Assembly (NCBI RefSeq): GCF_050013435.1 | Contig: NZ_JBEKFG010000001.1 | Location: forward strand, 12,556-76,555 | Source of the DNA: Candidatus Binatus sp. | GTDB lineage: Bacteria > Desulfobacterota > Binatia > Binatales > Binataceae | Reading direction: 5' to 3' | DNA length: 64,000 nucleotides | Shown: positions 27,725 through 36,243 of the stretch, piece after piece | How the letters are laid out: each line of letters opens with the position of its first letter | Numbering within the stretch: the stretch's first letter is position 1 | Translations under genes and position numbers: made by a program | The notes under the pieces: generated by a model | Told to the model about the DNA's origin: nothing | The model's database searches: none | What the model saw: only the letters and a program-made list of their open reading frames with translations

Positions 27725-30211
27725 ATGGCAGATAAACCGAAAGGGGAAAAACGCTTCGAGATTGAAGAGGATCTGAGCAAGGCTGAGATTCCCGAGGTCC
27801 TGCCGGTGCTGCCGTTGCGCGGCATCGTGATCTTCCCGAGTCAGATTCATCCGTTCCTGGTTTCGCGGCCGTCGTCGCTCAAGTTGATCGAGGACTGCGG
27901 ACAGACCTCGAAGGTTATCGCGCTGGCGGCGCAAAAGAACCCCGAAGACGAGCAGCCCGCGCCCGAGGGATTGTTCCAGCTCGGCACCGCGGTGCGCATC
28001 CTCAAGATGTTGCGCTATCCGGATCAGAGCGTGCGGGTGCTGGTGCAGGGATTGGCGCGAATCGAACTCGGCGAGTTCACTCAGCGCGAGCCGTACTTCC
28101 TGGCGCACGTGAAGCGGCTCAATGAGCCGGTTACCTCCGACCGGGAAATCGACGCGCTGCACGCGCATCTGGTGAGCCAGTTTACCAAGTTCGTCTCGCT
28201 GGTGCCGTACCTGCCCGACGAATTGCAGGTGATGGCGATGCAGGTGAAGGAGGCCAGCCGGCTTGCCGACATGGTCGCCTCTTACCTGAAGATTCCGATC
28301 GAAGAGGGGCAGGATCTCCTCGCGACGCTCGACGTTCGCGCGCGGCTGGAAAAGCTGATCGCGATTCTGGGCCGCGAGATCGAGATGCTCGAACTCGGCC
28401 ATAAGATTCAGTCCCAGGTTCAGACCGAGCTCAACAAAAATCAGCGCGAGTATTACCTGCGCCAGCAGCTCAAGGCGATCCAGAAGGAACTGGGCGAGGG
28501 CGACGCGCGCACTTCCGAAGTCGAGGAGATCGAAAAGAAGATCGAAGAGGCGAAAATGTCGCCCGAGGCGCGCAAAGTCGCCGACAAGGAACTCGAGCGC
28601 CTCAAGATGATCCCGCCCGAGTCGGCGGAGCACACCGTGGTGCGCACCTATCTCGACTGGCTGGTCAGCCTGCCATGGGGTGTGTCGACCGAGGACAATC
28701 TCGACATTCGCCACGCGCGCCAGGTGCTTGACGAGGATCACTACGACCTCGAAAAAATCAAGGAACGCATCCTCGAGTTTCTCGCGGTGCGCAAGCTCAA
28801 GCACGACACCAAGGGACCTATCCTGTGCTTCGTCGGACCTCCGGGAACGGGCAAGACCTCGCTGGGCAAGTCGATCGCGCGCGCGCTCGGCCGCAAATTC
28901 GTGCGCCTGTCGCTCGGCGGCATCCGCGACGAGGCCGAGATTCGCGGCCATCGCCGCACTTACATCGGATCGCTGCCGGGCCGAATCATCCAGGGGCTTC
29001 GCAACGCGGGCTCGAACAATCCGTTGTTCATCCTCGACGAGGTGGACAAGCTCGGCATGGACTTCCGCGGCGACCCGGCGTCGGCGCTGCTCGAGGTGCT
29101 CGATCCGGAACAGAACAACACGTTTTCGGATCATTACCTGGACGTGCCGTTCGATCTTTCGAAAGTATTGTTCCTGACCACCGCCAACATGCTCGACCCG
29201 GTTCCGCACGCGCTGCGCGACCGGATGGAAGTGCTCGAGCTGCCGGGATACACCGAGGAAGAGAAGCTGCAAATCGTGCAGCGGCACCTGATCCCCAAGC
29301 AACTCAACGAGAACGGACTCGGCGATCAGAAGATCGAATTTTCCCAGGAGGCGCTGCAGGAGATTATCCACAGCTACACGCGCGAGGCCGGGCTCAGAAA
29401 TCTCGAGCGCGAGATCGCGCGGGTCTGCCGCAAGATCGCGCGTTCGATAACCGAGGGAGAAACCGCGCCCGCGATCGTTTCCGGAGCCGACGTGCAACGC
29501 TACCTCGGCGCGCCGCGCTTCTTTTCCGAGGTCGCCGAACGCACGAACGAGCCGGGGGTTGCCACCGGGCTGGCATGGACGCCCAACGGCGGCGAGATAA
29601 TGTTCATCGAGAGCACCCGGATGTCAGGGCAGAAAGGCCTCAACCTTACCGGCTCGCTCGGCGACGTGATGAAGGAATCGGCGCAGGCCGCGCTCTCTTA
29701 CGTGCGCACCCACGCGGCGGAGCTGGGAATCGCGCCGGACTTTTTCGAAAAATCCGACATCCACGTCCACGTTCCCGCCGGAGCGATTCCCAAAGATGGG
29801 CCGTCGGGCGGCGTGACGATTGCAGCGTCGCTGGCGTCGTTGCTCAGCGGCCGGCCGGTGCGATCCGACGTCGCGATGACCGGCGAAATAACGCTGCGCG
29901 GCAAGGTGCTGCCGGTGGGCGGAATCAAGGAGAAGGTGCTCGCGGCAAGGCGCGCCGGGATCAAGACGATCATTCTGCCGCGCCGCAACGAGCGCGACCT
30001 CGAGGACATCCAGCCCGAAGTGCGCAAGGAGCTCGAAATGATTTTCGTCGATACCGTCGATGAGGTCATTCGGCACGCACTGCGCGACGGCGACGCCGTG
30101 CAGGCTGCCGTCGAGCCCGTGCCCGCTCCCGCGGCGGAGCCGGCGCCTGCGCCCGCGGCGGCGCCCACGCCGCCGGCGGCGCGGCGAACCGAGCGGACGG
30201 TGCTGAATTAA
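27725..30211 (+). CDS. lon: ATP-dependent Lon protease
   Basis: LON N-domain. Walker A GPPGTGKTS. Proteolytic PKDGPSGG and the Lys region. Start set at ATG 27725 (MADKPKGE...). Confidence 0.95.
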   Translation: MADKPKGEKRFEIEEDLSKAEIPEVLPVLPLRGIVIFPSQIHPFLVSRPSSLKLIEDCGQTSKVIALAAQKNPEDEQPAPEGLFQLGTAVRILKMLRYPDQSVRVLVQGLARIELGEFTQREPYFLAHVKRLNEPVTSDREIDALHAHLVSQFTKFVSLVPYLPDELQVMAMQVKEASRLADMVASYLKIPIEEGQDLLATLDVRARLEKLIAILGREIEMLELGHKIQSQVQTELNKNQREYYLRQQLKAIQKELGEGDARTSEVEEIEKKIEEAKMSPEARKVADKELERLKMIPPESAEHTVVRTYLDWLVSLPWGVSTEDNLDIRHARQVLDEDHYDLEKIKERILEFLAVRKLKHDTKGPILCFVGPPGTGKTSLGKSIARALGRKFVRLSLGGIRDEAEIRGHRRTYIGSLPGRIIQGLRNAGSNNPLFILDEVDKLGMDFRGDPASALLEVLDPEQNNTFSDHYLDVPFDLSKVLFLTTANMLDPVPHALRDRMEVLELPGYTEEEKLQIVQRHLIPKQLNENGLGDQKIEFSQEALQEIIHSYTREAGLRNLEREIARVCRKIARSITEGETAPAIVSGADVQRYLGAPRFFSEVAERTNEPGVATGLAWTPNGGEIMFIESTRMSGQKGLNLTGSLGDVMKESAQAALSYVRTHAAELGIAPDFFEKSDIHVHVPAGAIPKDGPSGGVTIAASLASLLSGRPVRSDVAMTGEITLRGKVLPVGGIKEKVLAARRAGIKTIILPRRNERDLEDIQPEVRKELEMIFVDTVDEVIRHALRDGDAVQAAVEPVPAPAAEPAPAPAAAPTPPAARRTERTVLN

Positions 30212-30342
30212 TCAGGATATCGCGAGAAGCTCACCAATCAGCCCGGCATAATCTGGAAAATGATGCGCGCTGCGATGCTGGAACGGTCCAGCCGCGGCGC
30301 GTATGTTTTTGACGGCCATCGGGCCCGCGGAAAACTGGTCTC

Positions 30343-31800
30343 GTGAAGATAGCGATCGTTGCGGCGGAAGCCGCCCCTCACGCAAAAGCCGGCGGTCTCG
30401 CCGACGTGATCGGCGCGCTGCCGGGGGCATTGAAGGCGGCCGGCGAGGAACCGTCGCTGATCGTGCCCGGCTACGCTTCGATTGTGGACTGCGTCGAAGC
30501 TGCGCCGGTCTTGCGCGACATCACGATGCGATTGGGCGCCGGCGTCGAACGTTTTTCGGTGTTGCGCGCGGCCGATCCGCATGGCGTGCCGATGTACCTG
30601 ATCGATCATCCCGGATTTTTCGGCCGGCGCGGAATCTATGGCGAGCAGGGCAAAGACTATCCCGACAACCTGCGGCGCTTTGTCTTCTTTGGCCGCGCGG
30701 CCGCGCTCGCAGCCGCGGAGATAGTCGCGCCGGACATAGTACATGCTCACGATTGGCATTCGGCGGCCGTGCCGATCGCGATGCGTGCCGACGCCGCGCT
30801 GCATCCCCGGTTCGAGAAGGCGCTTTCGATTTTCACGATTCACAATCTTGCATTCCAGGGGATCGGCACACGCGAGGACTTCGCGCTGCTGAATCTCGAC
30901 GCGCGATATTTTTCGGTCGATTGCCTGGAATTTTACGGCCACTTGAATCTGATGAAGGGCGCTATCGTTATGTGCGACGGCGCGTCCACCGTGAGCCCCG
31001 CCTACGCGCACGAAATCACTACCGACCCCGAACTCGGCTTTGGACTGGAGGGAGTGCTTCGCGACAAGGGCGAAAATTTCGTCGGAATCCTCAACGGCGC
31101 CGACTACGACGAGTGGAATCCCGCCACCGACCGCGCAATCGCCGCGACTTACACGCCCGCGAAACCCGACGGCAAGCGTGCATGCGCGCGCGCGTTGCGC
31201 GATTCACTGGGTCTGCCGACCCGCAACGATTGGCCGATGGTCGGGATGGTCACCCGCATGACCGGGCAAAAAGGCGTCGACTTGCTCAAGGACGCGCTCG
31301 ACGCCGTGATGCGCCTGGATTTGCAACTCGTCATGCTCGCGAGCGGCGATCCGGTGCTTGAGAAATTCTTCAAACGGGCCCAGGCACGCTACCCTGAAAA
31401 ACTCCGGGCGATCATCGAGTTCAACGACCCGATCGCCCATCGAATCCAGGCTGGCAGCGACGCCTTCCTGATGCCGTCGCGATTCGAACCGTGCGGACTC
31501 ACCCAGATGTACGCGCTGCGCTACGGCACGGTGCCCGTGGCGCGAGCCACCGGAGGACTGCGCGACACGGTAAGCGAGTTCGATCCCCGGCGCGCGACCG
31601 GCAACGGCTTCGTCTTCGACAAGTTCGACGCGGCTGAAATGGTCGCGGCGATGGGCAGGATGGTGGCGACGTTCAGGGATCGCACGACGTGGCGGCGTCT
31701 GATGCAAAATTGCTTTGCGTCGGACTTCTCGTGGGAACGGGCGGCGGGGCAATACCTCGCATGGTTCACGCGGCTGCGAAAAGTTCGCGGCCTCAGCTAG
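30343..31800 (+). CDS. glgA: glycogen (starch) synthase
   Basis: MKIAIVAAEAAPHAKAGGLADVIGALP (KxGGL motif). C-terminal GT1 region PSRFEPCGLTQMYALRYG. Confidence 0.95.
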   Translation: MKIAIVAAEAAPHAKAGGLADVIGALPGALKAAGEEPSLIVPGYASIVDCVEAAPVLRDITMRLGAGVERFSVLRAADPHGVPMYLIDHPGFFGRRGIYGEQGKDYPDNLRRFVFFGRAAALAAAEIVAPDIVHAHDWHSAAVPIAMRADAALHPRFEKALSIFTIHNLAFQGIGTREDFALLNLDARYFSVDCLEFYGHLNLMKGAIVMCDGASTVSPAYAHEITTDPELGFGLEGVLRDKGENFVGILNGADYDEWNPATDRAIAATYTPAKPDGKRACARALRDSLGLPTRNDWPMVGMVTRMTGQKGVDLLKDALDAVMRLDLQLVMLASGDPVLEKFFKRAQARYPEKLRAIIEFNDPIAHRIQAGSDAFLMPSRFEPCGLTQMYALRYGTVPVARATGGLRDTVSEFDPRRATGNGFVFDKFDAAEMVAAMGRMVATFRDRTTWRRLMQNCFASDFSWERAAGQYLAWFTRLRKVRGLS

Positions 31801-31809
31801 AATCCGGCC

Positions 31810-32442
31810 GTGGCAACCGCGCTTCGCGAATATCTCGTTTACGCCGACGGCTCCTGTCTCGGTAACCCGGGGCCGGGCGGATGGGGCGTAGTGATCCGCG
31901 ATCCCGATGGCGTTGAGGCCGAACTCAACGGCCACGATCCTTTAACCACCAACAACCGGATGGAATTGATGGGCGCGATCGAGGGCCTGCGCGCGACCCA
32001 ACGCGGCGCCCACGTTGTGGTCCGCAGTGACAGCAGGTACCTCGTCAATTCGATGACGCTTCATTACAAGCGCAACAAGAATCACGATTTGTGGAAACTG
32101 CTCGACGCCGAAGCGGCGGCGCGACACGTTCGATTCGAATGGGTTCGCGGACACGACACCGATCCGATCAATAACCGCGCCGATGAACTCGCCGTGATGG
32201 GTGCGAATGGCCGGCTGGTTGCCGATGGAGCGTTGCCGGAGAAGAAAAAGACGCGCGGTGCGGCGCGAGGATCGAAGACCGGCGACTCAGCCGCGGAGAT
32301 CGAGCTCATGGGGCGGCTCAAGCCCGGCGAATCGATTCGCGAATGCGCGGGATGCGGCGCGAAGTTTGTAAGCCTCGGCGGCGGCGCCGAAAACGACTTC
32401 TGCTCGCACGCCCGCTGCCAGCTTGAAGCGCGCGGCCGCTGA
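31810..32442 (+). CDS. rnhA: ribonuclease HI with a Cys-containing C-terminal extension
   Basis: YADGSCLGNPGPGGWG, TNNRMELMGAIEGL, VRSDSRY, VRGHDTDPINNRADELA. Extra roughly 70 aa carry CAGC-N15-CSHARC. Confidence 0.85.
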   Translation: MATALREYLVYADGSCLGNPGPGGWGVVIRDPDGVEAELNGHDPLTTNNRMELMGAIEGLRATQRGAHVVVRSDSRYLVNSMTLHYKRNKNHDLWKLLDAEAAARHVRFEWVRGHDTDPINNRADELAVMGANGRLVADGALPEKKKTRGAARGSKTGDSAAEIELMGRLKPGESIRECAGCGAKFVSLGGGAENDFCSHARCQLEARGR

Positions 32443-32471
32443 CGCGGTCGTTCTCGTTCTGCTGAATGGCG

Positions 32472-33248
32472 TTACCAGATCGATGGAACCAACGCGTCCG
32501 TCCCGCGTATGTAGGCGTCGTACTCTTCGCCAAATTGCGCGCGCATCTCGGCCTCTTCGGACTTCATTCGTCGATGCGCGAAAACGCCCCCGGCGATCAG
32601 CGTCAGGACCGCGGTGATTGGCGCTCCGTAGATCAGCGGCCATCCGAACGTTACCAAATATCTGCCCGCGTAGATCGGATGCCTGACGTAACGATAAAAG
32701 CCGCTCTTGACGAGCACCGGATGCCCGGCCGTCCTGCCCGAAGTGAAAAATCCGAGCTGAACGCGCGCGCCAAGCGCCAGCCACATCCCCCACAATGCAA
32801 TCAGCAGTCCCAGCGCGCTGACCCATGCGGGCGCTGAGCCGCCATAAATGTAAGTGCGCTCAAACGGCGCCGCCGCAAACGTCACGAGGATTGGAAGCTG
32901 CACGGCGATCCGCTGGCTGAGTTCTTCGTGTGCGGAACTGTCCTCGGCGTCTTCGCGCACAATCAAATCGGCAAAGCGAAAGCCCGCGTATGCCGCCAGG
33001 TATGCGAGCACATAGCGATGCTCGGTGAAGTAGGAGGTGATCCCGAGTCCCATCGCGATCGCGCCGACGACGGCTATCAGTAAGATCGCCTCCTCCGCGA
33101 AGCGCAGCGCCAGGCTGCGGATGAAATGCGGATGCGCGCTGGGTGTGGCGGCGTCGGCGCTGGCGAGCAACGCGGTGGCCGGCTTCAATCCTCCGGTTGC
33201 CTTGCCGTTGGACTGGGGCGCGTCCTGATCCATTTCACTCGCCATCAC
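32472..33248 (-). CDS. isoprenylcysteine carboxyl methyltransferase (ICMT/PEMT)-family membrane methyltransferase
   Basis: Polytopic protein. C-terminal motif GFYRYVRHPIYAGRYL...E.EMRAQFGEEYDAY. Confidence 0.7.
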   Translation of the reverse strand: MMASEMDQDAPQSNGKATGGLKPATALLASADAATPSAHPHFIRSLALRFAEEAILLIAVVGAIAMGLGITSYFTEHRYVLAYLAAYAGFRFADLIVREDAEDSSAHEELSQRIAVQLPILVTFAAAPFERTYIYGGSAPAWVSALGLLIALWGMWLALGARVQLGFFTSGRTAGHPVLVKSGFYRYVRHPIYAGRYLVTFGWPLIYGAPITAVLTLIAGGVFAHRRMKSEEAEMRAQFGEEYDAYIRGTDALVPSIW

Positions 33249-33504
33249 GCCACTTTTGCAGATGCACTGAGAATGATCAAAGAGAGGCCGCGCGCAAGCC
33301 GATCCGCAGCGAGACAGGTGCAGCGGGCCGATTGCGCTGATTCGCGAAAAAGGAAATTTACCGCGAATCTCGAAAATCTATCAATTTGTACTCGCATTCT
33401 GCGATTTTCAATAAACCATTGAATTTGATGAGTTTTTACGACCTATCAAGCGGTGGTTGCAAACGGTCAGTTCGAACAGTTGTTGCTAAATCGAGAGTTT
33501 TTCT

Positions 33505-33520
33505 GATGGCACACAGGTTG
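33505..33520 (+). promoter_or_regulatory. sigma-54 (-24/-12) promoter
   Basis: TGGCAC-ACAGG-TTGCT is an exact match to TGGCAC-N5-TTGCW. Lies 41 nt upstream of ATG 33561. Confidence 0.65.
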
Positions 33521-33560
33521 CTTTACCCACATCAGTCACTGAACACGGGAGGACCTGAAC

Positions 33561-33737
33561 ATGAACGCAACGACCAACGAAGCAACCATCGCGGGAATCG
33601 CCAACGCCAACGAAGCGGCCGAATCCACCACCGGAGTCCGGTTCGCGCAAAACAGTCTGCTCAGCGAGCTGCCCGGCGTGGTGTTCGGTTTGATCACGCT
33701 CGGATACGTCGTCAGTTCGCTGCTGGCATTGGCCTGA
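33561..33737 (+). CDS. 58-aa tail-anchored small membrane protein, unknown family (paralog A)
   Basis: Below the ORF-track cutoff. GGGAGGA 7 nt before the ATG. Product: MNATTNEATIAGIANANEAAESTTGVRFAQNSLLSELPGVVFGLITLGYVVSSLLALA. Aligns without gaps to paralog B, with synonymous differences at conserved residues. Confidence 0.65.
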   Translation: MNATTNEATIAGIANANEAAESTTGVRFAQNSLLSELPGVVFGLITLGYVVSSLLALA

Positions 33738-33771
33738 AATCGTCCGACGGAATTTACGGGAGGAATTTGAA

Positions 33772-33951
33772 ATGAACGCAACCACAACTGAACCAAGGCT
33801 CACGGGAATCGCATCGATCAACCAGGCGGCTGCCGTCAGCGATGTGACTCGGCTCGCACAGTACAACATGCTGAACGAAATCCCGGGCGCGATTTTCGGC
33901 ATCATCACCGTCGTGTACATCGTGGGTTCGCTGCTCGCACTCGCGCACTAA
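33772..33951 (+). CDS. 59-aa tail-anchored small membrane protein, unknown family (paralog B)
   Basis: GGGAGGA 7 nt before the ATG. Product: MNATTTEPRLTGIASINQAAAVSDVTRLAQYNMLNEIPGAIFGIITVVYIVGSLLALAH. About 50% identical to paralog A. Confidence 0.65.
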   Translation: MNATTTEPRLTGIASINQAAAVSDVTRLAQYNMLNEIPGAIFGIITVVYIVGSLLALAH

Positions 33952-34586
33952 ATCATGGATTCCGTTCTTTCAGGGTCGCGCTTGGCCAGCGTCGCAAACG
34001 TGAGCGGGCGCCCGGAGGCTCGGGTTGCGCGGCCGGATTCGGCGCGCGCGGAAATGCGCGATGCGGTGGCGGGCTGGTCCAGCGTCCGCGATACCATCGT
34101 GAGCGCCACCCAGATGATCGCGGCCGCCAGCACGATCGTGAACCATGCCATCGCGCGAATTCGCCGCAGCATCGAGTTCAGCTGTTCGACGGTAAACGCC
34201 TCGCCGTCGCCGTGTGCGGCCACCTCTTCCTGCCGGCCGATTCTGAACGCCAGTCCGAAGGTGATGTAGGTCTGGATGAAGATGAGCACGAAGGCGAGCG
34301 CCAGCTTCAGCTCGAGCACCGAACCAATCCGCGCGAAGTAGTCGAACTTCATCGACGCTTTCAAGTCCGTCAGGCGCGTCGCGCCGCTAATCACAATAAT
34401 TCCCAGCACCGCGATCGTGAACGGGTTGTAGAACTTGAACCCGGCGATCAGGCTCGAGCGCCGGGCCGCCTCGTTGGGCGCGGTCTCCGCCGCCGGAATA
34501 AGCATATAGATGACCGCGAACTGCGCGCCGACGTACGCAGCCATCGCGCACAGATGCAACCACGTCAGGAATTCGCCGCCGATCAT
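33948..34586 (-). CDS. integral membrane protein (CopD-like 4-TM), unknown function
   Basis: Hydrophobic helices (WLHLCAMAAYVGAQFAVIYMLIP, FTIAVLGIIVISG, LALAFVLIFIQTYITFGLAF, WFTIVLAAAIIWVALTMV). Lies downstream of trxB on the same strand. Confidence 0.55.
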   Translation of the reverse strand: MIGGEFLTWLHLCAMAAYVGAQFAVIYMLIPAAETAPNEAARRSSLIAGFKFYNPFTIAVLGIIVISGATRLTDLKASMKFDYFARIGSVLELKLALAFVLIFIQTYITFGLAFRIGRQEEVAAHGDGEAFTVEQLNSMLRRIRAMAWFTIVLAAAIIWVALTMVSRTLDQPATASRISARAESGRATRASGRPLTFATLAKRDPERTESMI

Positions 34587-34652
34587 CGCCAGGCTATTTT
34601 CCGCGGACCTTCATCGAGTCGGCGCAGGGCGAAGCTCGGCGTATGCGTGAAG

Positions 34653-35600
34653 TCATCGCCGGCCGGCTTCTTGCGCTTCGAGCCAGCGCTCCGCGTCGAT
34701 CGCCGCCATGCATCCCGTGCCCGCGGCCGTGACCGCCTGCCGATACACACTGTCGGCGACGTCGCCGGCGGCGAACACGCCCTCGATGTTGGTGTAGGTC
34801 GATCCCGGTTTCACCTTCAGGTAGCCGACCTCGTCCATCGTGAGCTGGCCCTTGAAGAGCGAGGTGTTTGGCTGATGGCCGATCGCGACGAAGACGGCGT
34901 CGGTCTTCACGTCGGTGAGTACCCCGGTCTTGACATTTTTCAACCTGGCGCCGCTCACGCCGTCCTTCGGGTTGCCAAAAATCTCGTCGATTACCGAATC
35001 CCAGATGAACGCGATCTTCGGATTGTGGCGCGCGCGATCCTGCATGATCTTCGACGCACGCAACGCGTCGCGGCGATGCACGATGGTGGCTTTGGTGACG
35101 AACCTGGTCAGGAAGTTCGCTTCCTCGATCGCAGTATCTCCGCCGCCAATCACGAGCGCTTCCTTCTCTTTGAAGAATGCGCCGTCGCAGGTGGCGCATG
35201 CGCTCACCCCGTAACCCATCAAGCGTTTTTCCGATTCGATTCCGAGCAGCTTTGCCGACGCGCCGGTCGAAATGATCACGGCCTCGGCCTTGACCAGCTT
35301 GCCGTCCACCACCAGCTCGAAAGGCCGCTTGCCCAGGCGCGCCTCGGTCACTGCTCCGGTCATGAAACGCGTGCCGAAGCGAGTCACCTGGCGCCGGAAC
35401 ACGTCCATCATCTCGGGGCCTTGGATGCCGTGCTCGAAGCCGGGATAGTTCTCGACCTCGGTGGTGATGGTGAGCTGGCCGCCGGGTTCATTTCCTTCGA
35501 TCAGGAGCGGGCTGAGATTGGCGCGCGCGGTATAGAGCGCCGCAGTTAGTCCGGCGGGACCGGAACCGAGGATTACGACCTTGTTGATTTCGTCAGCCAT
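34653..35600 (-). CDS. trxB: thioredoxin-disulfide reductase
   Basis: VVILGSGPAGLTAALY, redox CATCDG, ALVIGGGDTAIEEA, GVFAAGDV. Confidence 0.95.
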   Translation of the reverse strand: MADEINKVVILGSGPAGLTAALYTARANLSPLLIEGNEPGGQLTITTEVENYPGFEHGIQGPEMMDVFRRQVTRFGTRFMTGAVTEARLGKRPFELVVDGKLVKAEAVIISTGASAKLLGIESEKRLMGYGVSACATCDGAFFKEKEALVIGGGDTAIEEANFLTRFVTKATIVHRRDALRASKIMQDRARHNPKIAFIWDSVIDEIFGNPKDGVSGARLKNVKTGVLTDVKTDAVFVAIGHQPNTSLFKGQLTMDEVGYLKVKPGSTYTNIEGVFAAGDVADSVYRQAVTAAGTGCMAAIDAERWLEAQEAGRR

Positions 35601-35703
35601 TTAATCTGTCCTGAGCAATACTTTGAGATGTTTTGTTGAACTGGAGTCATGAGTTTATTGTATATTCGCGGGCGGTCAACATAAGCTCTAATCACTTCCT
35701 TCA

Positions 35704-36243
35704 ATGGCGGGCAAGAAACAATCCCAAAAGCCGAGCGCCGTCGCCACGCGCCTGACGCATCTTGATGCCCGCGGGCGAATCCGGATGGTCGATGTCGGCA
35801 CAAAACCGGTAACCCGGCGCGAGGCGATCGCACGCGGCCAAATCCGGATGGCGCCGGCGACCCTGCAAGCTATCGTCGGCGGGAAACTCAAAAAGGGCGA
35901 GGCGCTGGCAGCGGCGCGCATCGCGGGAATAATGGCGGCGAAACGCACCCATGAGATGATTCCGCTCTGCCATCAGATCCCGCTCGAAGTCGTCGAAATC
36001 GATTTCAGGCCCGATCCCGCCGGCTCCTCGATCCAAATCCAGGCGCGCACCGTCACCGACGCGCGTACCGGCGTCGAGATGGAAGCGATGGTCGCGGTGA
36101 CTGCGGCGGCATTGACGATTTACGACATGGCCAAGGCAATCGATCGCGCGATGGAAATCGGCGGAGTCCGGCTGGTCGCAAAACGCGGCGGCCGCAGCGG
36201 CGACTTCACCCGCGCCGGCGAGCCGCCATGGCCGGCGCATTGA
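35704..36243 (+). CDS. moaC: cyclic pyranopterin monophosphate synthase
   Basis: MVDVGTKPVTRREA..., ARIAGIMAAKRTHEMIPLCHQIPL, GVEMEAMVAV..ALTIYDM. Confidence 0.9.
   Translation: MAGKKQSQKPSAVATRLTHLDARGRIRMVDVGTKPVTRREAIARGQIRMAPATLQAIVGGKLKKGEALAAARIAGIMAAKRTHEMIPLCHQIPLEVVEIDFRPDPAGSSIQIQARTVTDARTGVEMEAMVAVTAAALTIYDMAKAIDRAMEIGGVRLVAKRGGRSGDFTRAGEPPWPAH

Noticed and set aside
27690-27725. tRNA-like T-loop string GAGGTTCGATTGG upstream of lon
   Set aside because: There is no complementary T-stem, acceptor stem or anticodon arm around it. It lies in the lon 5' region or its alternative N-terminal extension.
27659-29497. 612-aa minus-strand ORF antisense to lon
   Set aside because: It overlaps an unmistakable Lon protease in the plus frame. 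The translation is Arg/Leu/His-rich with no motifs. This is the typical stop-free antisense frame of high-GC DNA.
33386-33920. Track ORFs 33386..33775 (+, 129 aa) and 33486..33920 (-, 144 aa) covering the small-peptide locus
   Set aside because: Both run across the two paralogous small ORFs in other frames. They have no RBS. The substitution pattern between the duplicated units is synonymous only in the frame of the 58- and 59-aa ORFs.
34212-35549. 445-aa plus-strand ORF antisense to trxB
   Set aside because: trxB on the minus strand carries all canonical motifs. The plus-strand product is Arg-rich and motif-free.
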